Source: a virus
Reading direction: 5' to 3' (one strand)
Length of the DNA stretch: 64,000 bases
Virus record (IMG/VR): IMGVR_UViG_3300035695_000002
Coordinates: 1 to 64,000 of that record
Shown here: one piece after another, positions 49,023-57,915 of the stretch
How positions within the stretch are numbered: position 1 is the stretch's first letter
Layout of the letters: each line of letters opens with the position of its first letter
Program-made: the position numbers and the translations under genes
The notes under the pieces: generated by a model
What the model was told of the DNA's origin: nothing
The model's input: the letters and a program-made list of their open reading frames with translations, nothing else
Databases searched by the model: none

Positions 49023-49566
49023 TCGCATAAATGAGCTTAAAATGAGCCTTTCCTCATTAATGTGTCAATCTGATGAAGATTGGAAAGCTACTGTTATATT
49101 AGACCATCCCGAACAAGGAGATAGGGCTAAACTACTCAATGTTATACATTCCTTTTATGACGATAGAATTAATTATTTTATCACTCATAGACGATTTAAT
49201 GATTGGGGTCACTCTTTAAGAGAGGCTGGAAAACAAGCAAGTGAAGCAGAATATCTTATAATGACAGGAGACGACAATTATTACACTCCTCATCTTGTAA
49301 AAGAGCTTAAATTAGCTACTACTTCTAAGCCTGGAATGGTATATTGGGATATGGTGCATAGTCATTTTAACTATTCCTATTTTAAATGTTCTCCTGCACA
49401 TGGATATATAGATATGGGAGCCTTTGCTACAAGAACTGATTTAGCCAAACAAATACCTCTAACTACTAATTATGCAGCAGATGGAGATTTTATAGAAGAT
49501 TTCAAGAAAAAGTTCCCTAATGAACAAATAATTAAGATAAATAAGGTTTTATTTGTTCACAACTAG
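48991..49566 (+). CDS. GT2-family glycosyltransferase
   Basis: LPTYNR, WGH, TGDDNYY, IDMG, ADG. Confidence 0.88.
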   Translation: MFLEILLPTYNRINELKMSLSSLMCQSDEDWKATVILDHPEQGDRAKLLNVIHSFYDDRINYFITHRRFNDWGHSLREAGKQASEAEYLIMTGDDNYYTPHLVKELKLATTSKPGMVYWDMVHSHFNYSYFKCSPAHGYIDMGAFATRTDLAKQIPLTTNYAADGDFIEDFKKKFPNEQIIKINKVLFVHN

Positions 49567-49663
49567 CCCTTTTTTGAAATATTCTCTATCCATTGTCCTA
49601 TTTTGAATAGAACAGAGACAATAACAATACTCAATATAGCAGCTATTATTATCATTTAGACAT

Positions 49664-49694
49664 AAAAAAAGCTCTGTAGAAATACAGAGCTTTT
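49664..49694. terminator. Bidirectional terminator between convergent blocks
   Basis: A7-GCTCTGTA-gaaa-TACAGAGC-T4. Confidence 0.85.
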
Positions 49695-49708
49695 AGTTTG
49701 CAAGGAGG

Positions 49709-49846
49709 TTATTTAGATGTTCTTTTTGACTTCATTGGCCACATAGGACTTTTAAGTCGTAATTTTGTATCAGCTTCCTTCATATAATTGTCCTTTGGAT
49801 GAGGATTCTTTACTTTGGGAGCTTTTTTTGGTTTTCCTGATTTCAT
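49709..49846 (-). CDS. Small basic protein (45 aa)
   Basis: MKSGKPKKAPKVKNPHPKDNYMKEAD... Confidence 0.65.
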   Translation of the reverse strand: MKSGKPKKAPKVKNPHPKDNYMKEADTKLRLKSPMWPMKSKRTSK

Positions 49847-50031
49847 ATTCCTTTTTTATATTTCTTTATTGGTGTTACTTGTCCTAATACACGTTTTTGA
49901 TAATCAATCCAATTATCGTAGTTTCCAGCTTTACTCACCTTTCTCCAAGCATTTGTTGTAACACTTGTAGAAAGTGGACTGAATGCTTTTGGTGTCTGAT
50001 TTCCATGAAATTTGGACTGTTTCTTTGCCAT
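49843..50031 (-). CDS. Small basic protein
   Basis: Lys-rich ORF coupled to neighbour. Confidence 0.65.
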   Translation of the reverse strand: MAKKQSKFHGNQTPKAFSPLSTSVTTNAWRKVSKAGNYDNWIDYQKRVLGQVTPIKKYKKGI

Positions 50032-50032
50032 A

Positions 50033-50326
50033 TTATTTTTTAACTTCTTCTTTTGATTCTACCGCTATTCCTGCTTCTACAGCCCTAGCTAGAGTGGTTT
50101 CCATAATATCATTGGCCCTTTCTGCTAACATTATTACACGGGCTTCAGGAGTGCTTAAAACACTTCTAAGAGAATGTAGCAATATACCAAAATCATTTCC
50201 TGGAATATAGAAAACATCTGTAGGTTTCCATTTATATTGCTTACTAGGATCATATTCTATCCTAGTTTCTGCTTTTCCTACCAAAGGTTCTTTTTTTACC
50301 TCTTTATCATCTCTTACAATTTCCAT
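50033..50326 (-). CDS. Conserved hypothetical protein
   Basis: YDPSK.Y.W; preceded by promoter. Confidence 0.75.
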   Translation of the reverse strand: MEIVRDDKEVKKEPLVGKAETRIEYDPSKQYKWKPTDVFYIPGNDFGILLHSLRSVLSTPEARVIMLAERANDIMETTLARAVEAGIAVESKEEVKK

Positions 50327-50347
50327 ATTAATTGGTTTAAATTTCTA

Positions 50348-50379
50348 CAAAGATAAAAGGAGTTTTTTATAAATGCAAG
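50348..50379 (-). promoter_or_regulatory. Bacteroidota promoter
   Basis: Minus strand CTTG-N20-TATCTTTG. Confidence 0.8.
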
Positions 50380-50667
50380 TTATTCTGTAGAAATTTCGAA
50401 TGAAATGGTTCCTCCACTAGATTTAATCGACTTAGAGAGATCTAAATGTATATGAAAACGATTATTAAGCTTTAATATTTCCTCTAGAAGGAGATTTGTA
50501 TATTGAGGGGTTGATGGGGCTATTCTAAAGTTATAAGCTTTCGGAAGCCTTTTTACCTCTAAAGAACATAATTCATCCACTGATTCTAATACTCCCGATA
50601 AGAGGGTGAGATAAAGCTCTTCGTTATCTGGAATTATTGGGAAATCTCCTACTATCTGAACTTCCAT
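50380..50667 (-). CDS. Hypothetical protein
   Basis: ORF in late operon. Confidence 0.7.
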   Translation of the reverse strand: MEVQIVGDFPIIPDNEELYLTLLSGVLESVDELCSLEVKRLPKAYNFRIAPSTPQYTNLLLEEILKLNNRFHIHLDLSKSIKSSGGTISFEISTE

Positions 50668-51075
50668 TTACTCCTGTGTTAATAAATACAAAGTGAGAGC
50701 ACATTTAGCACTCAGTTTTTGACTATTTAGTTCTACACCACAATACATCTTATCTTCTCCAAATTCATATACAGCATGGCTATATTCTTCTAATGCTTTC
50801 ACTGTTTCTATAGCTGTTGCTTTTGAGGAAGGGGATTCTGTTTTAAATCCCTCTATAGTTTTCCCTTCATATCCCATTAATTGCTCTATAATTACATCAG
50901 TTTTTCCTACTAAATAATCATATAAATTTCCTAATGCAATATGCTGCGAATTATTCTTAGTTTTCCAATGAATGAGCTTAATCTGGGCCTGAAAAGTGTG
51001 CAATTTACTTGCAATAGACTCCAATGTAAAATTTTCTTCTTTGGGTTTAACCATTCTTTCTGGAAATATAGCCAT
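50668..51075 (-). CDS. Ferritin/Dps-like protein (DUF5856-like)
   Basis: LIHW.T, H.ALG.LYD, D.IIEQ.MG, YLLT. Confidence 0.75.
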   Translation of the reverse strand: MAIFPERMVKPKEENFTLESIASKLHTFQAQIKLIHWKTKNNSQHIALGNLYDYLVGKTDVIIEQLMGYEGKTIEGFKTESPSSKATAIETVKALEEYSHAVYEFGEDKMYCGVELNSQKLSAKCALTLYLLTQE

Positions 51076-51076
51076 A

Positions 51077-53020
51077 TCAATCAATTATTTCAAATTTTGG
51101 CAAACATACAATAAATTTCCCTTCATATCCTACATCTTTGGCTCTTTTTATAAGTTCTTCCTTGAAGTTTTCAGCAAGTATTACTAGATAATCAGGAGGA
51201 GTTTTTTGTAAATATCTCTTATGTACAATAGGAATTCCTGTACCAGGACTAAATTTCCCTATTTTTTCACTTGTTTCATCTATAATGACATCCATTATAT
51301 CTGTTGTAACATTACAAGCATTTAGAAGAGTGTTGCCTTTAGCACTTGCACCAAAACCGGACAGTTTATATCCCTTTTTCTTTAAGTTTAAAAGGTTTTC
51401 CCCTATAGAGGATATGCTGTCCTTTACCTTAGATTGCCATTTAGAATATAGTTCTAAGGAGGTATATCCTTTTTCATCCTCATTTTTTATGAATTCATGA
51501 ACAGAAGGAGAAACATCGTATCTGGATTCCTGTTTAGCTATTGTAATTCTTATTGTTCCTCCGTGTATATTATGCTTACTCACATCTATAATTTTCATTC
51601 CTAAAGTATCACATAGACTATTAATTGGAGAAATGGAAATATGAGATAAATGTTCGAAATAACATTGGTTCCATTCATTCTCCTCTATAAAGTCTCTAAG
51701 ATAAGGACATTCTATTATTAATATTCCATTAGGAGACAGAACATTTTTAGCTGTCTGTATAAACTCATTAATATTATCAATGTGAGCGAAGACATTGGTT
51801 GCAGAAATTAATTGAGCATTTCCGTATTTGCTAATAATTTCTATTCCTGTTTTTCTACTCCAAAAATCAGCAATTGTAGGAACTCCTATAGATTCTGCAA
51901 TAGCAGCTAGATTCTCAGCAGGATCTACCCCTAACACTTTAATTCCTATTTCTTCCTTAAACTCTTTTAAAAGAGATCCGTCATTAGAGGCTATATCTAT
52001 ATGGAAACTAGAAGATGACAGATGGTATTTTTCCCTTAAATCTTTAGCCATCTTTCTACAATGCTGTAAATATGGTTTATTTACAGAAGATCTATATGTA
52101 TAATAACTATACATCTCCTTAGGATCAATTACTACAGAAAGTTGTGTCAGAAAACACTGCTCACAAACCATCACTTGTAAAGGAAATCTTTGCTTATTTC
52201 TAGCTAATTTAGAAGAAGTTTCCAAGTTGTTGGACAGGGGCATGAGACCTAAATCTAAATATTTAGTTAGTTTTGTAGAATTACATGCTCTACAATGTGT
52301 ATGAGATTTGGCTATTGGGGAATTTGACTTATAATCTATCCATTTCTGGAGATTGAGAGAGGTATCGTAAGGAGTATTAAAACTTGTTTCTGATAGTTTT
52401 ATAGGAGAAACATCAGGATTGCGCTCTTTAGCATAAGAAAATAAAGTTTTTCTCTCTGTACCTAGATTTAATATCCCTATTAATGGACTTATTGAAGCTT
52501 CGTATATTAATGGGGCTATTTTGTCCACATAATCCTTAGAAGCCCATTTATCAATAAATGCTACAGAATAAGAAAATTCATTCTTTCCAAAGGATGTACG
52601 TATAATTAAATGGTTTTTTACAGCATTTACAGAGGCTTCTCCTCCCACTTTAGTCCAAGTATAGAGATTGAAAGGTAGAATAGGATCAGATTCCTTACAG
52701 TTTCCGTGATTTCCTTGATAAACATAGTCAGTGGATAAATATACAAGCCTAATGTCATATTTGGAGCATATAATAGACAGGTTTGCAGCCCCTATTATAT
52801 TAGTTTCAATGGCTTCTCTAGGATTGGTTTCAATAGCTCTATTATCGATTATAGCAGCACTATTTATAATTATATCTGGAGTATGTAGTTTAATAAACTC
52901 TTCAACCTGGCTTAAATTTCGTATATCCACATCATTTTTAGAAGGACATATTAAATTTCCATCAATTTTCTGTAATTCCTTCCCTAATGTCCCATTTCCT
53001 CCAAAAACTACTATTTTCAT
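51077..53020 (-). CDS. Fusion: RmlD-like NDP-4-keto-sugar reductase + NDP-hexose C3-methyltransferase
   Basis: N-term GGNGTLG, STDYVY, YxxxK; C-term CRAC, LDLG..PL.N, CEQC, DIASNDG, NVFAH, YFEH, HGG, GASAKG. Confidence 0.9.
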   Translation of the reverse strand: MKIVVFGGNGTLGKELQKIDGNLICPSKNDVDIRNLSQVEEFIKLHTPDIIINSAAIIDNRAIETNPREAIETNIIGAANLSIICSKYDIRLVYLSTDYVYQGNHGNCKESDPILPFNLYTWTKVGGEASVNAVKNHLIIRTSFGKNEFSYSVAFIDKWASKDYVDKIAPLIYEASISPLIGILNLGTERKTLFSYAKERNPDVSPIKLSETSFNTPYDTSLNLQKWIDYKSNSPIAKSHTHCRACNSTKLTKYLDLGLMPLSNNLETSSKLARNKQRFPLQVMVCEQCFLTQLSVVIDPKEMYSYYTYRSSVNKPYLQHCRKMAKDLREKYHLSSSSFHIDIASNDGSLLKEFKEEIGIKVLGVDPAENLAAIAESIGVPTIADFWSRKTGIEIISKYGNAQLISATNVFAHIDNINEFIQTAKNVLSPNGILIIECPYLRDFIEENEWNQCYFEHLSHISISPINSLCDTLGMKIIDVSKHNIHGGTIRITIAKQESRYDVSPSVHEFIKNEDEKGYTSLELYSKWQSKVKDSISSIGENLLNLKKKGYKLSGFGASAKGNTLLNACNVTTDIMDVIIDETSEKIGKFSPGTGIPIVHKRYLQKTPPDYLVILAENFKEELIKRAKDVGYEGKFIVCLPKFEIID

Positions 53021-53026
53021 ATTGGT

Positions 53027-54376
53027 TTAATTATGATTTACAAGGCATCCATTTACCTTCTTCCATCTATCCTCTCCATATTTGTCTATTATTCTTTTAA
53101 AATAAGTCCAATCACTACTATGTGACATATCTCCCCATCCACTACCTACAGCCACATCTTTTCTAATAATAACACAGGCAGAGTCTATATATCCTAATTT
53201 AAGCCTTGTATCAATGATTCCGTATTTATATACTTCCCAATTTATACCATTACAAGTTCTTTGATTATTTTCAATTATTGTAGTTTTCTGCCAACTATCA
53301 TAAGAATGGACAAATTGGCTGCAATAGGAGGCCAAAATATAAGGATTTTCAAACCCTTTTAATAAAAACTCACAAAAATGAGGAGAATGAAAATTGTCCC
53401 CGTTCGTTATACATACAAAGGATGTATTAGGAGAGAGAATTTCTAGATTATCTAAAGCAAACTGACGAATAGGATGGCCCCATTGTTGCTTCCTTTCCTC
53501 TGTTTCTATAAATTTAATTCTTTTGTCATTAATAACATCTATCACTTTTCTTAACCCTGTAGAATTTGGACCATCATGTATTAATAAAAGTTCCCAATTC
53601 TTATAAGTTTGATTAATTAAACTACTTACAATTTCTGGAAAAGTGTCAAAAATAGGGCAAATAAATGTAATTTTGTTCTCTTCTGAAGGGGGATTTAGGT
53701 CTATAACAATAGGAAGTTCTGGAAATATTTCTTTATGTTCTTTTTCCCTTCTTTTAAATCTTAATTTTCCATATATACCATCATGTCCTGAGTCCCATAG
53801 AGGGGAGGTTTCTATATTATCTACCTGAGCTATTCTACCTATCTTGACTATTTGCTCAAATAATGTAACTGTCTTACTCTTCCTTTTATGCTCAAATTCA
53901 TAACATTCTTCTTTATTTGTTATAATAGGAACAGCAAATGTAATATTAACTAAATCTCTTTTTCTAAGCATAAATCCTGTAGTACGTATATGTTGAGTTA
54001 CTTCTTGACTCAATTCATAACATACACAGGATACATCTTCCTTAAAGGGATATAGAAACCTTTGTATAAACTCCTTATTCATAGGGAGTAAATCGTCTGT
54101 ACACCATAAGAGATAGTCAAATTCTGTAGGAAACCCATCCAATCTTCCTCTACATACATCTTGAAAAGCCCCTATATCAAATCCTATATTAACTCTGGGA
54201 ACATATGTGATATTATTCTTTTTGCACAATTTTTCATATTCATTCTTATCGTTAATATTAACATAATTATGAATAATAACTAATTGGGCATCTGTAGTGT
54301 TACATTGATTCCAACATCTTATCCATTCCTGAACATTATTAAGTCTATTATGTACAATAACAGAAACAACCACCAT
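53027..54376 (-). CDS. Two-domain glycosyltransferase (GT-A + GT2)
   Basis: N-domain NIGFDIGAF, TDD; C-domain QTY.NWEL..IHDG, WGH.IR, NGDN, YID. Confidence 0.85.
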   Translation of the reverse strand: MVVVSVIVHNRLNNVQEWIRCWNQCNTTDAQLVIIHNYVNINDKNEYEKLCKKNNITYVPRVNIGFDIGAFQDVCRGRLDGFPTEFDYLLWCTDDLLPMNKEFIQRFLYPFKEDVSCVCYELSQEVTQHIRTTGFMLRKRDLVNITFAVPIITNKEECYEFEHKRKSKTVTLFEQIVKIGRIAQVDNIETSPLWDSGHDGIYGKLRFKRREKEHKEIFPELPIVIDLNPPSEENKITFICPIFDTFPEIVSSLINQTYKNWELLLIHDGPNSTGLRKVIDVINDKRIKFIETEERKQQWGHPIRQFALDNLEILSPNTSFVCITNGDNFHSPHFCEFLLKGFENPYILASYCSQFVHSYDSWQKTTIIENNQRTCNGINWEVYKYGIIDTRLKLGYIDSACVIIRKDVAVGSGWGDMSHSSDWTYFKRIIDKYGEDRWKKVNGCLVNHN

Positions 54377-54411
54377 AAAATGTAGTTAGATTGGTTTAGA
54401 ACAAAGAAATA

Positions 54412-54588
54412 TTAAGGATGGGAGGTAGTTGTAGTCAAAGGATCACAACAAGTGTATCCTTGTATCTGTCTCCATTTACCCACCTTGGGCATCTTTAATC
54501 TTCCAATTAAGGAACCAGCTACATCTCTGCCACTACCATCGATTCTCACATAGAAATTAAGTACTCTCTTGTCTACGCTATTTGCCAT
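54412..54588 (-). CDS. Small protein with Thr-rich tail (58 aa, below track cutoff)
   Basis: MANSVDKRVLNFYVRIDGSGRDVAGSLIGRLKMPKVGKWRQIQGYTCCDPLTTTTSHP. Confidence 0.75.
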   Translation of the reverse strand: MANSVDKRVLNFYVRIDGSGRDVAGSLIGRLKMPKVGKWRQIQGYTCCDPLTTTTSHP

Positions 54589-54589
54589 T

Positions 54590-55246
54590 TTAATTTAAAT
54601 TTATATTATTTATAATCGAATTATCTTTCTTTACATAAGACCACATATATCCGTTTCTAGGTTTTCTTATATTATTACACCATTTACCTATCGCCTCATG
54701 ACTGTATCCTTCAATTCTTTCGGCCTCCATCGCAGATGAATAGGTTTTAATAAGGTTGTAATCATTATCATATTTATATACTTTCTTACTATTAGGATTC
54801 TCATATCCTTTTTTGTATTTTTCTTTCTGAACCTTACTTAAATATTCTTTTCTGATTTCTGAAAATTTAACACCTTTTCTTGTTGTAAATCTTTTAACGT
54901 TGCCTTGAATATTTAATACATTATATCCATTTTTCAGATATTCAAGAATCAGTTCTTTTTCTCTAATTCTAGCTTCTTCTATATTCTTATATTTTTCTTT
55001 TTCCAACACTCTAAACAATACCTTTTTCTTTTGAATTTTGATTACATCATTCATCCATACATATATTGGGTAATGACTCATTTTTCCTTTTCTTGTATCC
55101 CTAGAGTGAGTCCATGCTCTCCCCATAAAATCTTCTGTTATCCCTATATACACAGATTTATCTTTTATATCTTCTGAATACAGTATATATGTGCTATAGG
55201 GGTTTTCGGGGTAATCTAAATTTACTAATCCATTATATTCCTTCAT
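54590..55246 (-). CDS. GIY-YIG homing endonuclease with NUMOD1-like C-terminus
   Basis: TYIL..VYIGIT, E..LI..Y, LN; KVYKYD..LIKTY.SA.EA. Confidence 0.8.
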   Translation of the reverse strand: MKEYNGLVNLDYPENPYSTYILYSEDIKDKSVYIGITEDFMGRAWTHSRDTRKGKMSHYPIYVWMNDVIKIQKKKVLFRVLEKEKYKNIEEARIREKELILEYLKNGYNVLNIQGNVKRFTTRKGVKFSEIRKEYLSKVQKEKYKKGYENPNSKKVYKYDNDYNLIKTYSSAMEAERIEGYSHEAIGKWCNNIRKPRNGYMWSYVKKDNSIINNINLN

Positions 55247-56253
55247 AGGTTATATTTCTGTTTTAATTCAATCATTTTCGATACATAGTACCAATTACAG
55301 AGAGTTTTAGACTGTTCATTATTATACACCAGTTCTAAATGAGAGTCCTCAAAAGGATTAGCTCCCATGTGATATTTTCCTTTATAAAAAACAGGAATTT
55401 CTCCTTGTTTCTCTCCTACAATTCCTGCATTATGAAATATAGGACATGTTTCTAATTTAGAAATAGGATCACTGCTCCATGCAAAGTTAAGTTCTTCTAC
55501 TATTCTAGTTTCCTGATTTCTGTCCCATAATCCCCATAGCACAGCCCACATATCAGCACACCAGCTTTGAAACCCTTTATTTTCATTTTCAAAGAAGTAT
55601 TTATTTATTTCCTGGAGATATTGTCTGATTTTGATAGAATCTGTTATTATTTTGTCCCAAAATTGCCAATCTATATTTTTTAACAGATATTGTGCCCCTC
55701 CCGAATTCAAATTATTCTTTTCTGCTATTTCTCTGGAAACTCCTACTAGTTTACAAGCCTCATTTAATATATCCCTAGTTTTATATTGCTCTAGTTTCTC
55801 CGGAATAACATCCTTTATTTTACTATCAAAATAAGAAGCATTTATATAACTTAATGTATTTGAGAGATAACAGACATCATCATTTAAGAACTTATCAATA
55901 TTAAATTTTTCTGTGAAAAGAACATCACAATCACTATAAAATACAGCTTTTTCCTTTAATTCTGGATGTAATTTGAAATATTTCATAAGAATATACGGTC
56001 TTATAAGAGGTATGTATATTCCTAAGAGTTTAGTTATATTGTCTGTATCTTTGTAAAAGAAAAATTCAGATTCTGGGTATAATTCTTTTAATTTATCCCA
56101 TTTAGGGTTTCTATCTCTATAATTAGGGGTAAATATTAGAGAGACAGCTTTATTTGACTTTCCTATTGATTTTAGGCTTTCCAACCATAAATGGGTTTGC
56201 CACCAGTAGTAATCATCACAAGGGGCACATTGCATAAATACTAAATCTCTCAT
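55243..56253 (-). CDS. GT-A glycosyltransferase resembling HPAT/SGT1 (GT95/GT96) peptidyl O-glycosyltransferases
   Basis: YYWWQ near N-terminus, YIPLIRPY, DCD, GGAQY, WCADMWA, H near C-terminus. Confidence 0.65.
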   Translation of the reverse strand: MRDLVFMQCAPCDDYYWWQTHLWLESLKSIGKSNKAVSLIFTPNYRDRNPKWDKLKELYPESEFFFYKDTDNITKLLGIYIPLIRPYILMKYFKLHPELKEKAVFYSDCDVLFTEKFNIDKFLNDDVCYLSNTLSYINASYFDSKIKDVIPEKLEQYKTRDILNEACKLVGVSREIAEKNNLNSGGAQYLLKNIDWQFWDKIITDSIKIRQYLQEINKYFFENENKGFQSWCADMWAVLWGLWDRNQETRIVEELNFAWSSDPISKLETCPIFHNAGIVGEKQGEIPVFYKGKYHMGANPFEDSHLELVYNNEQSKTLCNWYYVSKMIELKQKYNL

Positions 56254-56280
56254 GTAATTATTGGTTTTTACTTAAATTTG

Positions 56281-56385
56281 CTATTTTGTAGAAAGAATCT
56301 TTGTCAAAGTCTCAATTTGCATTGATATTCTCTGTAACCATTTCACTTTTCTACTAGATCCTATTTGTTGATTTTGTGTAGCCAT
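56281..56385 (-). CDS. 34-aa mini-protein homologous to fibre N-terminal anchor
   Basis: MATQNQQIGSSRKVKWLQRISMQIETLTKILSTK vs MSVPNRQIG..WLSFISKQMERLTQV. Confidence 0.65.
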   Translation of the reverse strand: MATQNQQIGSSRKVKWLQRISMQIETLTKILSTK

Positions 56386-56387
56386 AA

Positions 56388-57893
56388 TTAATCGTTTGTT
56401 GTTTTAGCAGTTAAGAAATATGTAGTTCCTCCTATATTTACAGTGATGGTTCTATTTTGCGCTGTTGGAGAAACAACATTTACAGCACTTTCTGTTATAA
56501 CTCCTTCTCTAGTGGTTCCTGTTCTTGTAAAGAATAAATTAGTTCCATCATATTCCATACATCCAGCCACTGCTGTTGTTAAATTGGTTCCGGAAGTAAA
56601 CTTTAAAGGAGCTAATATTGTTGTTCCTGCTCCTATTACAGCTAGTGCATTTGCTGGCGTTGCTCCTGCTCCTAAACTTGTGATTCCTCGTCTAACTAAA
56701 AGACCGTACTCAATACCAACAACTGCTATAATAGCAGGATTAATATCTAAATATGTGATAGATCCATTTGATCCACCTGTTTGATTTATTGCGGTTGTTA
56801 TTGATACAGCAGTAAATGCTGCAGTACCAGAAGCAGGGCTAAAAAATCCAGCGAAAGATGAACCTGTGATTGCTCCAGAAGTTGGAGTTACTGTATTTCC
56901 TGGGTTAATAGTAATACCGATCCCACTAGTAGCATTCCATGTACTGGGTTGATTAATAATAAACCCTGTATTTACTTGTATTTGATTTGCTACAGCGCTA
57001 GATCCGTTTAGAGTTATACCCCCAACATTACCTAATCCGGCAGCATCATTTATTTTTAATCCGTGAGCTTGAGTTAGTAATATTGCTCCATCTGATGCCA
57101 GTGTCAATCCTCCATTTGTAGAACTACCAGCAACCTTAGATTGAAATATTAAATTAGTAGTAGGGTTTGCAGATCCTTGAACCGGAAGATTATAAATTTG
57201 CCATAATGTTTGAACACTTGCTGTTCCTGTTGTTTTCCACCCCTGACCCTCAAATGTTATTATAGGAGAAATCTGTTGAGCACCTGCTGCTGCTGCTGTG
57301 GAATTTGAAAACCATAAGCCAGCACCATCTACTACAGTAGTTCCTAAAGAAGCAAAGGAATATTTTATAATATTAGTTGTTGTACCTACTATTGTATTTG
57401 GTCCAGATAATGTTCCTCCAGAAGCTAAAAGCCAAGAAAGTCCTGTAGATTGTTTACCATTAAATGTATTCCAATCGGCAGAGGATAAATATCCATTAGT
57501 TGATGTAGTAGCTTGAATAACTTGAATAGTAGTATTTGCTAATAAAGTACTAGATCCTGTTATAGTAAGAACTGCTGAAGTAGCCTCTGTCAAATTACCA
57601 GCAGCAGTGTATGAAGGAGCAGCAGATCCTCCTGTATTATTACCAAACCATGTGTGTGCTCCAGCATTAGACAATGAGAAAGATAGAGATGGAGTAGTGG
57701 TGGGAGTGCCTACAGAAGTAGTAAATAAAGGAGATAGATTTCCACTAGAAAAAGAAGAAACTGTACCTCCTCCACCACCACCTGATATATTAGAAGCTAC
57801 TTGTGTCAACCTTTCCATCTGTTTAGAGATGAAAGATAACCAATATTCTTCTGGTGCTGATTCTGCTCCTATTTGTCTATTAGGTACGGACAT
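56388..57893 (-). CDS. Virion fibre protein (Ser/Thr/Gly-rich)
   Basis: Short anchor, poly-Gly linker, NGYLSSADWNTFNGKQ fibre repeat, beta-rich body. Confidence 0.75.
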   Translation of the reverse strand: MSVPNRQIGAESAPEEYWLSFISKQMERLTQVASNISGGGGGGTVSSFSSGNLSPLFTTSVGTPTTTPSLSFSLSNAGAHTWFGNNTGGSAAPSYTAAGNLTEATSAVLTITGSSTLLANTTIQVIQATTSTNGYLSSADWNTFNGKQSTGLSWLLASGGTLSGPNTIVGTTTNIIKYSFASLGTTVVDGAGLWFSNSTAAAAGAQQISPIITFEGQGWKTTGTASVQTLWQIYNLPVQGSANPTTNLIFQSKVAGSSTNGGLTLASDGAILLTQAHGLKINDAAGLGNVGGITLNGSSAVANQIQVNTGFIINQPSTWNATSGIGITINPGNTVTPTSGAITGSSFAGFFSPASGTAAFTAVSITTAINQTGGSNGSITYLDINPAIIAVVGIEYGLLVRRGITSLGAGATPANALAVIGAGTTILAPLKFTSGTNLTTAVAGCMEYDGTNLFFTRTGTTREGVITESAVNVVSPTAQNRTITVNIGGTTYFLTAKTTND

Positions 57894-57915
57894 TATATTT
57901 TTTATTTAAATTTTC

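Noticed and set aside
49563-49655. 30-aa hydrophobic minus-strand ORF (MIIIAAILSIVIVSVLFKIG...)
   Set aside because: Lies beyond the bidirectional terminator with no clear promoter; too little support
48264-56253. Captured bacterial LPS/capsule locus or host contamination
   Set aside because: No flippase, polymerase or initiating transferase; genes are interleaved with phage genes and share phage leader motifs
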